Source: a virus. Taken from it: a stretch of 64,000 nucleotides of DNA. The notes beneath the pieces are model-generated. The model worked only from the letters and a program-made list of their open reading frames with translations. It ran no database searches and was not told where the DNA came from. Made by a program: the position numbers and the translations under genes. The stretch is from IMG/VR virus record IMGVR_UViG_3300021964_000017; one strand, given 5' to 3'. Every line of letters begins with the position of its first letter. Positions within the stretch are counted from its first letter, which is position 1. This document shows, piece by piece, positions 46,919 through 56,503 of the stretch.

Positions 46919-47304
46919 TCGCCTGGCCCCCCTACCTTAGAACAAATCTTAGATGAGATCGCTGTCCGATTAACAACCGATTTGCGTAATTTTGATACAG
47001 AGCATATGTAAGTAACTTTGTCCTTATTAATGTCTTGAACGTAAATATCAAACGTCACTGCGCTCAGGTATGGAATTTTATAAACTTTGTAACTGGAAAC
47101 GAACCGAATGGGTTTCCAATCTTTAGTGAAAACTCCAATTTCATAGTACTCAATCTCCGGTCTTTTATTGAATACTGTTAAGGAAGTCTTATGCAGACCT
47201 TCCATATAAGATGGTGCCAACTTGGGATATGTTGGCACCATCTCATGTGCATTTACAGGAGAACAAACAATACACACTAGCATAAACAAGACATAACGTA
47301 ACAT
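46915..47304 (-). CDS. Secreted pilus-chaperone-like Ig-fold protein
   Basis: Signal peptide, then PT...LTVFN....YEI.V resembling PapD-type N-domains. Confidence 0.45.
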   Translation of the reverse strand: MLRYVLFMLVCIVCSPVNAHEMVPTYPKLAPSYMEGLHKTSLTVFNKRPEIEYYEIGVFTKDWKPIRFVSSYKVYKIPYLSAVTFDIYVQDINKDKVTYICSVSKLRKSVVNRTAISSKICSKVGGPGE

Positions 47305-47313
47305 AAGTAATCC

Positions 47314-47832
47314 TTACTTCGCGATACAGGAAGCCTCTACAAGTGCTGTATAGTTGCCTCCAGGGAACGCTTTAGAACCACCCATTGTGGCTGTTGAAGA
47401 AGTTTCAAACCATGTTGATCCAGTAGCAGTAAGATCATAGCGATCTGTCATTCCTGTTTCAATTTTATTGGTTTCGTACGATCCCATCCCCGTTGCATCT
47501 GACAATGTCTTGACGGATGTGTCCCCAGCCCAGGTAACAAGGTCTGGAAGGTTAGGTGCAGATGAAAAGCTACTGGGCGCAGTAATATCCACGTAGTATG
47601 CGTTTGCTAGAGTCACATCTACTCGGATAATTGGAAGTGCTCCACCATCGGCTGGTGTTGTGGATAGTGTATAAGCATTAGGGTTTCCGTAGATCCCAGG
47701 TTGGTCTGTTTGAATAATACAGCGACTTTGTACGGTACCATTAATAGGTGTGTCTTGTGCTTGCGAGATACCTGGTTGTACCAGAAGTGGTACAAGGAGT
47801 ACTGCAAGCGCACCTCTTTTTAAAGTTAACAT
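47314..47832 (-). CDS. Secreted fimbrial/pilin-like protein
   Basis: Signal peptide AQA; INGTVQSRC.I N-terminus and PGGNYTALV C-terminal strand, as in chaperone-usher pilins. Confidence 0.5.
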   Translation of the reverse strand: MLTLKRGALAVLLVPLLVQPGISQAQDTPINGTVQSRCIIQTDQPGIYGNPNAYTLSTTPADGGALPIIRVDVTLANAYYVDITAPSSFSSAPNLPDLVTWAGDTSVKTLSDATGMGSYETNKIETGMTDRYDLTATGSTWFETSSTATMGGSKAFPGGNYTALVEASCIAK

Positions 47833-47842
47833 TTTATTCTCC

Positions 47843-48748
47843 TTAGTTTTCGTTTAGGGTATATTGCATATCAATCATTTGCTTGTGTAACAACTGCTGA
47901 GCTAATCCATTACGTAAACCATTCTTTGCATCAGGAATTTTTGTATCTACTAATGATACACTTTCATTGTATTGTCCACCTGGAATACTAGCTATCAAAT
48001 ATGTTGAAGCGATTGCGGTTTGAGCAACCTCATTCATTAACTGTATTCTTTGATTCTCCGCTAACAACGCATTTGTGTCGATAGCAGACATTGCCTTTTC
48101 CAGTCTGTATTTTCTCTTCAGTTCTTCTTCTTCTTCTTTTTTCTTCTTTTCAGATTCTTCTAAATTCTCTACATCTTGCTCTAAAGAAACCTTGCGGTCA
48201 AGCTCAATGTTCTCATCTTTGGTTGCATCATATACATCATCCAGACTAACCTGGGGGATGTCTGGCACCGGCGTCACATATCCAGGACAGTTCGGATCAA
48301 ACTGTGGATCATAACAAGGGGTAACCTTGTAGGTATATATCACACTCGCATCGTAAACTGAACCATTTCCTTGCACATCAATACTACCAGGTCCCCATAG
48401 CTCTCTAGGCAGATCACCCACAGCAACAACTTTATTAATCTGCGTGCCAGCTATTGATCCTGGCTTCCAATCATCTCGCTGTCTAAAGATATATCCAGTC
48501 CCATCCGCGTTCTCGTTTTGGACATAAACTGTAACCCATTCACCCGTTTCTTTTTGAATTCTATAACTGTATATTACATTCTGAATATCCAACCCAGCAG
48601 GATCTGGTAACACGCCGCCCATAGACCAGCTTAAAGACTGATCTGTTATAGCGTTTCCAGTATACCCGAAGTACGGTGCTATGCTATCAGAGTAGCAGTA
48701 GGAAGGCCAAAACGCCAGCGCCGACAACAGGAGCAGCTTTTTCTGCAT
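47843..48748 (-). CDS. Secreted protein with beta domain and charged coiled coil
   Basis: Signal peptide; CYDPQFDPNCPGY; poly-E/K stretch. Confidence 0.6.
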   Translation of the reverse strand: MQKKLLLLSALAFWPSYCYSDSIAPYFGYTGNAITDQSLSWSMGGVLPDPAGLDIQNVIYSYRIQKETGEWVTVYVQNENADGTGYIFRQRDDWKPGSIAGTQINKVVAVGDLPRELWGPGSIDVQGNGSVYDASVIYTYKVTPCYDPQFDPNCPGYVTPVPDIPQVSLDDVYDATKDENIELDRKVSLEQDVENLEESEKKKKEEEEELKRKYRLEKAMSAIDTNALLAENQRIQLMNEVAQTAIASTYLIASIPGGQYNESVSLVDTKIPDAKNGLRNGLAQQLLHKQMIDMQYTLNEN

Positions 48749-49286
48749 CTATAGGTCCCATTAGTTTGAGTTCTTTTTCAGTCTCTTCAACATGAGTTTC
48801 CCAACCCAGCTTAGCCGCTTCACCAATTAAACCTTGATATGGACAAGGTGTTCCTGCGTTCATCATTGCCTTAAAGACGTTTTCATCTTGACACATAGTT
48901 GAAACTGCGGCCACCTTCATGCCCATATCGTAGAGCACTTTTGCATTTTTCAATCGCTGACAATTCTCTTCAGTGAATGTACCACCCGCCGAGATACCTA
49001 AGATCTGTGTTTGTACAGATGCTGAAGCACCAATTGTACATAAGTCACTATTATTCCCAGAACTAAACTGTGGTGATATTGCGGATGGGGGTGGCTGCTT
49101 AATAGTTGTTGTCATTTGTCCACTGGTAGTGATATTACTATCATTGCCTGACAAAGTACACACATACCCTTCAGGACATTCAACATCTTGAGCATGTGCT
49201 GATGTTGCGAGTGCCGCAACTATCAACATACCAAAGAACATCACTACAACTAGCCAAATAATTTTATGCAACATGTTAAACTCCAT
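48687..49286 (-). CDS. Secreted Cys-rich membrane-anchored protein
   Basis: Signal peptide; PPPSAISP; six Cys; C-terminal TM; late promoter TATAAATA at 49297-49304. Confidence 0.65.
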   Translation of the reverse strand: MEFNMLHKIIWLVVVMFFGMLIVAALATSAHAQDVECPEGYVCTLSGNDSNITTSGQMTTTIKQPPPSAISPQFSSGNNSDLCTIGASASVQTQILGISAGGTFTEENCQRLKNAKVLYDMGMKVAAVSTMCQDENVFKAMMNAGTPCPYQGLIGEAAKLGWETHVEETEKELKLMGPIDAEKAAPVVGAGVLAFLLLL

Positions 49287-49299
49287 TCATCAGTCCTAT

Positions 49300-49524
49300 T
49301 TATAAAGATTCCTTTTTGGACCCATACTGGTGGCATTTGAGATCAATAATCTCATATCGTTCCAGTATAGAAGTATTCTCGTATAGTGAATTTACTTTTT
49401 GAACCACCACGTTCATACATTGCTGTTCTGTTTCGAATTTTACTTTACCCTCAACTACTTCGCAGGTCTCATATGAATGGGGTTGTCCAATAAGACATAC
49501 GTATATTGCTGCTGTGAATATCAT
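49300..49524 (-). CDS. Small four-Cys hypothetical protein
   Basis: 74-aa ORF with hydrophobic N-terminus. Confidence 0.5.
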   Translation of the reverse strand: MIFTAAIYVCLIGQPHSYETCEVVEGKVKFETEQQCMNVVVQKVNSLYENTSILERYEIIDLKCHQYGSKKESL

Positions 49525-49608
49525 TATAGTTTCTCTCTAAATAATGTGCCCGTATTATTTAGTCAAGAATAAAGGCCGCACAAATCGACCTTTTAGTGTT
49601 GTATTTGC

Positions 49609-50088
49609 CTAATCAATATTAGCTCTATCTAACCGTCTAAATATTTCTTCAATGTCCTTCAAGACATTGTGGATGCGTTTATCATCATCTATCTGTGTGT
49701 TGTTAACTTCACGTTCTATCTTGTCAAGTCTGCTGTAGATATCTGAAACTTTGTTTGACAGGTTACGCATCTGTTCAAGTGTGTCTCTCAGTGCGTAGAT
49801 TTGATCTCTTAATGTGTCCATCTGTCCACGTGTAACTGAGTCATTTTTCTGACGCTCTAATGATCCTACAATTCCGTTTACTTCAGCACTGATTGACTGT
49901 AAATCTAATAGTTGCTTGTTGATGTCTTTTTGGGATTGTGCAATAGAATCTATCCTTGCGTGAGCATCTGCTGATGTCTGTATAGACTGTTCAAGCGAAG
50001 TTTGTAGATCACTGGTGATTCTAAGACCTCCGTACAACACCCCAATCAAAGGCAAGACTGCTGTGATATATCCTATCCATTTCCACAT
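49609..50088 (-). CDS. Membrane-anchored coiled-coil protein
   Basis: AAGGAG RBS; TM (LIGVLYGG) plus heptads; same architecture as 45843. Confidence 0.6.
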   Translation of the reverse strand: MWKWIGYITAVLPLIGVLYGGLRITSDLQTSLEQSIQTSADAHARIDSIAQSQKDINKQLLDLQSISAEVNGIVGSLERQKNDSVTRGQMDTLRDQIYALRDTLEQMRNLSNKVSDIYSRLDKIEREVNNTQIDDDKRIHNVLKDIEEIFRRLDRANID

Positions 50089-50109
50089 TTTATAATTCTC
50101 CTTAAAAAC

Positions 50110-50138
50110 AAAAAAGTCGGGCTAACCATGGCCCGACA
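50110..50138 (-). terminator. Rho-independent terminator
   Basis: GTCGGGC-8 nt-GCCCGAC-TTTTTT. Confidence 0.7.
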
Positions 50139-50180
50139 CGTGCTTATTACGTAGCAACCCGATACTTTTATTTATACGTA

Positions 50181-50540
50181 TTAGAATGCGAAAGATGCAC
50201 CCATTTTTACGTTGCCAAACTCAAAGTCAGAGTCTGTAGATACTTCACCATATGCGGTCAAGCCTGTTGCGCCAATGGCATACTCAGCTGAGAAGTCCAG
50301 ACCCTTAAAGGTGTCATCACCATTGAGGTTCATCAGATCGAATGTGGATCCCACGGTTACTTCTGCGCCCATAAGACCCAAGCCAACTTCAGGAGTTGCT
50401 TCAAGTGCCCAAAGCTCTGTGCCAGTGGTGTAGTTCATATCTACTTCACCACCTACTGTAAGACCATTACCAAGGTCTACTGCTGATGCTTGTGTTGCAA
50501 CCAAGAGAGTTGCTGCTGTTGCGAATACTGCGAGTTTCAT
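50181..50540 (-). CDS. Small outer-membrane beta-barrel protein
   Basis: Signal peptide ASA; amphipathic strands; C-terminal GASFAF beta-signal. Confidence 0.7.
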   Translation of the reverse strand: MKLAVFATAATLLVATQASAVDLGNGLTVGGEVDMNYTTGTELWALEATPEVGLGLMGAEVTVGSTFDLMNLNGDDTFKGLDFSAEYAIGATGLTAYGEVSTDSDFEFGNVKMGASFAF

Positions 50541-50574
50541 TTTACTTTTTCCTAGATTGAGTTAAACATTATAA

Positions 50575-50870
50575 AAGTGCCACATTTTCTGTTGCTAAGC
50601 AAGTGGCCAGCTCCCTGTGTTTAGGCTGCTAGAGCCAAACCAGATGGTGCAAAGTTATTGTTTGCAGTTAGTTTGTTTGATCTATACGCGATCATCCGGT
50701 AAACTCCACTTCATCTTCACACCTGTCGATCCTATTTCAGCCCCATCAAAAGTACACTTTATATTGAGAGGTTCTTACGGCTTCAGCGCTGCCTCGTAGT
50801 GTACTTATGGTGGAGCTGCTGGGTACCGCCCCCAGGTCCAGTATGTGTCCACGTTGCTTCAACGTTTACT
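50575..50870 (-). ncRNA. ssrA: Circularly permuted two-piece tmRNA
   Basis: Acceptor piece ends GGACCTGGGGGCGGTACCCAGCAGCTCCACCA (50808); intervening hairpin; coding piece starts GGGGCTGAAATAGGATCGAC (50744); tag ANNNFAPSGLALAA* at 50665-50621. Outer ends approximate. Confidence 0.92.
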
Positions 50871-51293
50871 AGCTTACTTATACATCCTCTTTAATTTAAA
50901 GGCAACAAGGTTTAAACATTTGTACAGAGTAGGACCTAAAAGGCACAGTGCATAATACATTCCAAGTATTATCAAATACTCTGTAAACACATTCCCTTGT
51001 GTACGTAACACTCCACTGAATATACTACTATGGATTGCGGTGTATAGTAATACAAGAAAATATGAAAAGAATGGCCCCAAAGCCAGCATTAGCAATTTCA
51101 TTAAAAGGGTGGCTCCTCACCCTCATACGAAGGCATCCATCCCATGGATATACCAGTGCGTACAGCGCGCTCATGGGGAGTTTCTTCTTCAGGCCACACA
51201 ATATCTGACTGTGAACCATAAATTGCTATTCTGTCATCTGATGATAGAACGCCATGCTTAAGCATCCAGCACTCAAGGTCAATAGGTATCTCT

Positions 51294-51782
51294 TCAGTTG
51301 CTTGCATCCCAATCTCCATCCCATGTATAAAATAAATGATTACCAATCACTTTAGACAGATCAACATATTCTGCCCAGCTAGGATTGACGTAGTTCGCAT
51401 GATAGTATACAGCACCCATGGTAGGGTCGACAACATTTCCTATCATGACATCGCGCGCAATTACCTTAGCTGCGTTCCACGCTTTGTATTCTTGTGGAGT
51501 CTGCTGTTTAATTAGATGAGTCCAGCTAAACTGCTTAGGTTGATAAACAACCTCACAAACCGTTGAAGGCCATTTTTTATGGGCCACACGATTCATAGTA
51601 ACATGAGCAACTGCAATTTGACCTTCTACACGTTCACCTCTAGCCTCATGATAGATGTTCAAAGCAAGGCATTCATGCTGCTTTGAATCAACGGTAGGAG
51701 GAGCCATCATAGCTGCCGCAACAACGCTTGCTGCAATAGACATAGTGATTAATCCACTTATTATGTTAGTTGTTCTGCTCAT
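51294..51782 (-). CDS. Cell wall hydrolase (SleB/Hydrolase_2)
   Basis: CLALNIYHEARGE, V.NRV, QFSW, YYHA.YV.P.W, IGNHLFY; early promoter at 51788-51816. Confidence 0.9.
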   Translation of the reverse strand: MSRTTNIISGLITMSIAASVVAAAMMAPPTVDSKQHECLALNIYHEARGERVEGQIAVAHVTMNRVAHKKWPSTVCEVVYQPKQFSWTHLIKQQTPQEYKAWNAAKVIARDVMIGNVVDPTMGAVYYHANYVNPSWAEYVDLSKVIGNHLFYTWDGDWDASN

Positions 51783-51869
51783 ACTTATACATACCTCACT
51801 TTGATATTGAAGTCAACAGCTAATATTTATAAATACGATAATAAAACAATAATAATTGGGAACCAACCT

Positions 51870-52334
51870 ATGTATGAATATAGAGCAAGGATTAACAGAG
51901 TCGTAGATGGCGATACCGTTGATGTTGATATTGAACTTGGATTTGGAGTTGTCTTATCAGACGAGCGAGTCCGTATTATGGGTATTGATACACCCGAATC
52001 CCGTACAAGCGATAAAGTAGAAAAGTTGTTTGGAAAAGCTGCTAAGGCTAAACTTCAAGAACTGTTGGGCGATGTCTCTATTCTAAAGACCCAGATCGCT
52101 AAAGACGGTGAAGATATGAAAGGTAAGTTTGGCCGAGTTCTTGGTGACTTTGTTACAGAAGATGGTCGAATGGTAACAGAAGTAATGGCAGAGACCGGCC
52201 ATTGCGTGCCGTACATGGGTGGTTCGAAAGAAGATACACAGGCAGGCCACCAAGCTAATAGAGAGCGTCTATTGGCCGAAGGTGTGGTGTCACAAGAGGA
52301 TTATAAAAAGGCTTGGGAGAAAATGAATGGCTGA
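51870..52334 (+). CDS. Thermonuclease (SNase) family protein
   Basis: RVVDGDT, RI.GIDTPE, GKFGRVL; late promoter TATAAATA at 51828-51835. Confidence 0.85.
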   Translation: MYEYRARINRVVDGDTVDVDIELGFGVVLSDERVRIMGIDTPESRTSDKVEKLFGKAAKAKLQELLGDVSILKTQIAKDGEDMKGKFGRVLGDFVTEDGRMVTEVMAETGHCVPYMGGSKEDTQAGHQANRERLLAEGVVSQEDYKKAWEKMNG

Positions 52335-52888
52335 TAATCAACAACCAATAGACATGCCAGAAGGTAAAATGGAAATGTCCCTCAGAGTTCTGGGCAATGA
52401 GCTTATTGGAATCAAGATGACTGTAGATGACTTCAAAATGAAGTGGATGGCTTTTGGAGTAATTGCAATCGTTGTAGTAACAGCAGCAGTTTCTACCTTT
52501 GGTCCATCAATAGCGGGGTTACTCGATAATGGCTAATAAGAAAAACACTTTTGGTATTGAACAACGAACACTAGACGGAATGAAAGCTGCTGACCTTGAT
52601 GGCAACGGCGATGTTACTCATGAAGAGCTAGAGCTACAGCGTAAGATTTTAGAGATTCAAGACGAAGATGCTATGCGTGATGCACAGCGGAAGATGGCAT
52701 GGTTTGCCTTGTTTGGAATGCTGCTGTATCCATTTGCTGTTGTTCTAGCAGTGCTGCTTGGACTGGGCGAAGCGTCGAAGATACTTGGAAGCATGGCTTC
52801 TGTATACTTTGTCTCTGTCGCAGCAATCGTAGCAGCGTTCTTTGGTGGCCAAGCGATCAAAGGTAAGGGTACGCCTGATAAGAAGTAG
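52327..52888 (+). CDS. Two small membrane proteins (52327-52536; 52529-52888, EF-hand-like loop plus 2 TM, holin-like)
   Basis: DLDGNGDV..EE loop and two hydrophobic helices. Confidence 0.55.
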
Positions 52889-53045
52889 TGCGGAACGTAT
52901 ATTCTAGTTCACTAATCAGATCTTTTAAGTCATCTCGATTAGCTTGATATAGAAATCCAATTCCCCCAGCAGCTTTCCACTTTTGAATGTTGCTGGGGTT
53001 ATCATCTACAAGGATGTTAGGCGAACCATCAACAATGTCATTTAC
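52857..53045 (-). pseudogene. C-terminal remnant of a 5'(3')-deoxyribonucleotidase (NT5C-like HAD)
   Basis: Frame reads VNDIVDGSPNILVDDNPSNIQKWKAAGGIGFLYQ with no in-frame start and no motif I. Confidence 0.6.
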
Positions 53046-53460
53046 ACTCCTAAAATTCGACGTACGGTTGTCGGATCATCCGACATAACATTACCACCAG
53101 CATTCATATGCTCAACAATCTGCTCAAAGTAGAACTGAGCATCAGACTCGTCCTCCATTAGCTGAGCAGCTGTACGAAAGAAGTTACGCAACTTCATATC
53201 CTGCATGCCATCGTTAGCTGCAGCCTTGTGTGTCTTACCTGATCGTTGATTACTCATGATGTATACTCCTTACTAACTTCGCTTGCATCCCAAACATAGG
53301 GATGATACTTCAAATTATCAACAACGACAACATCGCTATCACCAACCTCGGTCCAGACTCTATCATCCATCCACTTGTGGTAATAAGCAGGTCCACCCCA
53401 GACTCTTCGAGCCCGTTGGTAAGTTGCCTCATCCATTCCTACGTAGTGCACGGTTCGCAA
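53042..53460 (-). CDS. Two small early hypothetical genes (53042-53257, 53254-53460)
   Basis: ATGA overlap packing. Confidence 0.55.
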
Positions 53461-53648
53461 AAGTTTTCCTCCACAGACTTAATATGTTTACATTTCTTGA
53501 ATGCGGGACAGTCACAATAGAAACCCCTGTCCGACAATTCAATATTATACATGTTATTCTTAGAACCAGCAACAGTCCATTTGAACCCTATTGCCCAATG
53601 ACCTTTAGTGTTGATCTCATCAGACTTATGATAAAACTTAGACTTCAT
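53439..53648 (-). CDS. SWIM zinc-finger protein
   Basis: GS..MY...CDCP....CKHI. Confidence 0.7.
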   Translation of the reverse strand: MKSKFYHKSDEINTKGHWAIGFKWTVAGSKNNMYNIELSDRGFYCDCPAFKKCKHIKSVEENFCEPCTT

Positions 53649-53914
53649 TAGGCTGCTTGATCAGCCATGTTGTCATCAACTTCACCAAACTCGATATACT
53701 CTCTAACCAAGCCTTCGATAAAATCATCAAGGTCAAAATGCAATTCACCAAGATCTGCTTCTTTAACACCGATGTGTACATCAGCATCAACAAAGTTCCA
53801 ATTAAAACCTTCCCAAGGATTGTTTTTGCAATCAGCATTTTCAGGGTTAGCTACAGCCTTACGGAAGATTGCGATTACTTTGTCTTCGATCATCATTTCG
53901 TTTGTATAAGCCAT
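53648..53914 (-). CDS. Early acidic protein (paralog of 12746-12961)
   Basis: AVANPEN..NWNFVDAD; early promoter at 53939-53967. Confidence 0.65.
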   Translation of the reverse strand: MAYTNEMMIEDKVIAIFRKAVANPENADCKNNPWEGFNWNFVDADVHIGVKEADLGELHFDLDDFIEGLVREYIEFGEVDDNMADQAA

Positions 53915-53976
53915 TATAGTTCTCCTTTTGTTATATTAGTTATAACATATAAAAGAACAAAGGTCAACAACTAAAT

Positions 53977-54335
53977 TTAACTTTTTTGATCATCTATTAC
54001 ATATGCCCCTTCAGGTAATTGAAAAGACTTCATTAGTTGAAGATACATTTCTGGGGATAATACAATAACGTCAAACCAATCTTTCTTTTCATTCCACTGG
54101 CGAATATAGCAAACTTCGTCATAGAGCAGAGCAGAGACATCTTCATGATATCCCTCTCTGTCCATAATAGTCAGTAAAGTTTCGTCGTGATCAAACTCTA
54201 CTGTAATCATTTGTTTCGACGCTGACGACGAAGTCGTGCAAATATGTTCTCTGTCCGTTGCCGAATTACAGAATTGATTCTTTTGCGTTTCAATCTAGCT
54301 GCAGTAGACTTTGCTAGTCTTATTGCTCTATCCAT
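53977..54335 (-). CDS. Two small genes (53977-54210; 54207-54335, an Arg-rich 42-aa peptide)
   Basis: Second gene hand-translated as MDRAIRLAKSTAARLKRKRI...RRQRRNK; ATGA overlap. Confidence 0.5.
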
Positions 54336-54825
54336 ATTTTTTGTCATGTCCTTTACCATCACCATAATCTCCATCATACATGCTAAGAGTTTCTGCTTCG
54401 TAACTTAGATACTGACCAATACGAGTACCAGGCTTAATACGCATTGGACCCACACCTACATGCATAACACCAGCCATCACACCAGAGTATCCAGCATCAT
54501 ACAAACCAGAGGTGAGGAACACGCCATTGCGGTTAAGAGTAGAACGTGTGATGACCCAACCTGCTTCACCACTTGCAACTGTCACTTTGTTTTCCATAAT
54601 GACTTCATAGTCTCCTGGAATAAGATGATAGTATCCATCAGATCCAACATGCATCTCATCAGACCCACGATGAACTTTTTGATCTTCATCAATAATGAAT
54701 TCGGTGCCCTTGATCTTGAAGATCTTACCTACACGTAAGTCAACAGCGTTCGGCTGAACATCTCCATCCTTAACAGCAGTTAAACTAGAATTGTTTTGCT
54801 TACTTGCAATATTAATCATGCTCAT
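54328..54825 (-). CDS. dCTP deaminase/dUTPase superfamily protein
   Basis: QPNAVDLR, RSTLNRNG, YDAGYSG, RIGQ, YDG.Y. Confidence 0.8.
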   Translation of the reverse strand: MSMINIASKQNNSSLTAVKDGDVQPNAVDLRVGKIFKIKGTEFIIDEDQKVHRGSDEMHVGSDGYYHLIPGDYEVIMENKVTVASGEAGWVITRSTLNRNGVFLTSGLYDAGYSGVMAGVMHVGVGPMRIKPGTRIGQYLSYEAETLSMYDGDYGDGKGHDKKYG

Positions 54826-55251
54826 AGTTTGCGCTCTCCCATGCATTTAGAATATTATTAAAACCCATTATGACCCAATCATATGGTGTATCATATTGGA
54901 GGTCAACCCAATTGCGTAGCTCCTGCCACTGCTCTTCGGTTAGATCATCAGTATCATCTACCCCATAATGTTCTTGAACGGTATCCATTGCCCACTCGGT
55001 GAGAGTGTGCTCAATGTTATCAACCCACTTGTGTAGCTTTGGTACATCAAACTCAGACATTAGTTTCCTCCAGATCCAAAGCATGGCATAAGAATAGACT
55101 GTACGCAATTACTAGAATACGCTTCTGGGTCGATTGCAAATGCTAAAAATAATGGGACTGCGCTAAGTATTAGGATGATCGTAAGAAACGATAGCGGAAG
55201 TCCTCGAAATAGTTTAGTAGACTTGCTCATGATTGTGCCTCCCATTTACCT

Positions 55252-55572
55252 TCAACAACCCAAGAAGGGCGCGCGGCCCTCTCGGACAGCATCAAGTTCT
55301 GCTTCCTCTAGATCCAATGCATATAACATTAATACACAATAGTGCATAGCCTTCATAATGTCCTTACGATTCTTACCACCTTTCTTACCGTACCGAGCAA
55401 GATACTTAATCGCTGTATCACGAGACGTAGTCTCCAGCGAACCTAAGGAACGCCAGAAGTCTACAGTCTGAACATCACCATCACCAACATAGTGTTGGCC
55501 ATACGTTCCATCAATATACTCTTGCAAAGCTGCCATAGCTTTGTCTTCATTATATTTGTATTTAATTGTCAT
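55252..55572 (-). CDS. DUF3310 (T7 gp1.7-like nucleotide kinase family) protein
   Basis: TY.QHY, AIKYLARYGKK, DIMKA.HY. Confidence 0.7.
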   Translation of the reverse strand: MTIKYKYNEDKAMAALQEYIDGTYGQHYVGDGDVQTVDFWRSLGSLETTSRDTAIKYLARYGKKGGKNRKDIMKAMHYCVLMLYALDLEEAELDAVREGRAPFLGC

Positions 55573-56431
55573 AGTACACTCCTGAATCAGCTGGTAATTG
55601 ATCATCGATATGCCGGCAATTATACATTGCTTTGGCAATCTTGGCAACGTCTGCTGAGTTGTGATCGAAATCTACCTCAATCTCATTCTTACCAGCAATC
55701 AATCCAGTTGGAGAATTATCAAATTGAATATCACACATACCAGCCCACACAGCTGCAGAGCTATCCCAAGAGTCAATCGCCCACAGATACTCTTCCACTA
55801 GACTACATTCGTTAGGACCATCAACCATACCCAGGAAGTGAATCTTCTTATTGTTACCTTTGATTGCATCTAGGATACCACGCTCGTGGAGCTCACGCAT
55901 AAACTTCCAACGAGACATGAATCGTTGTAGCTTATTGTCTTTTTCAACACCATACGCAATTGGGACGGCTAGAATAGAGACACCAATATAATCTACATGC
56001 TCGGACTGAGCTGCCCACTCGAACGCACGAATGAGATCTTCGAGGTCTCCCTCTTCCGATTGAGGAACAAAGAATGTTCCAAACCCAGCCTCTCGTAGCT
56101 CTGGCGCCATCTCAATAGCTTTATCAATAGTTACTTGAGAGGGTTGGCCTGGATAGTCGGACATCACAATGTAGTCAGCTCCGACTTTGGTTCCCATTTC
56201 AATTAGCTTATCGGATGGATACATTTCACGACCCTGCTTGTACATCTCGAAGGCAGAGTTATCCATAATGTTAACATAAGGACTAAGCCCACGAGACAAG
56301 TCGCGATCAGCATACCAACTGGCATACGTCTCGTCTTGCTCGATCAAGTGTGCTAATGTTAAGTGAAAAGGTCGACCTGCTGCAAACAAGTCTAAGTACG
56401 CGGTTGGCGTAATGTGCGCAAATTCAGTCAT
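55562..56431 (-). CDS. TGT-fold DNA deazaguanine transglycosylase (DpdA3-like)
   Basis: IMDNSAFE, FVPQ, IHFLG, SWDSS; located in the que gene cluster; promoter TAGACT-17-TATAAT at 56478-56506. Confidence 0.7.
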   Translation of the reverse strand: MTEFAHITPTAYLDLFAAGRPFHLTLAHLIEQDETYASWYADRDLSRGLSPYVNIMDNSAFEMYKQGREMYPSDKLIEMGTKVGADYIVMSDYPGQPSQVTIDKAIEMAPELREAGFGTFFVPQSEEGDLEDLIRAFEWAAQSEHVDYIGVSILAVPIAYGVEKDNKLQRFMSRWKFMRELHERGILDAIKGNNKKIHFLGMVDGPNECSLVEEYLWAIDSWDSSAAVWAGMCDIQFDNSPTGLIAGKNEIEVDFDHNSADVAKIAKAMYNCRHIDDQLPADSGVYYDN

Positions 56432-56503
56432 GATATCTCCATAGTTTAAGGTATAGGCAGATTAATCGTCTGCCTATATTATACTTCAAATCAGTTTAAA
56501 AGT

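Noticed and set aside
50617-50799. 60-aa + strand ORF
   Set aside because: It is an antisense shadow of the tmRNA.
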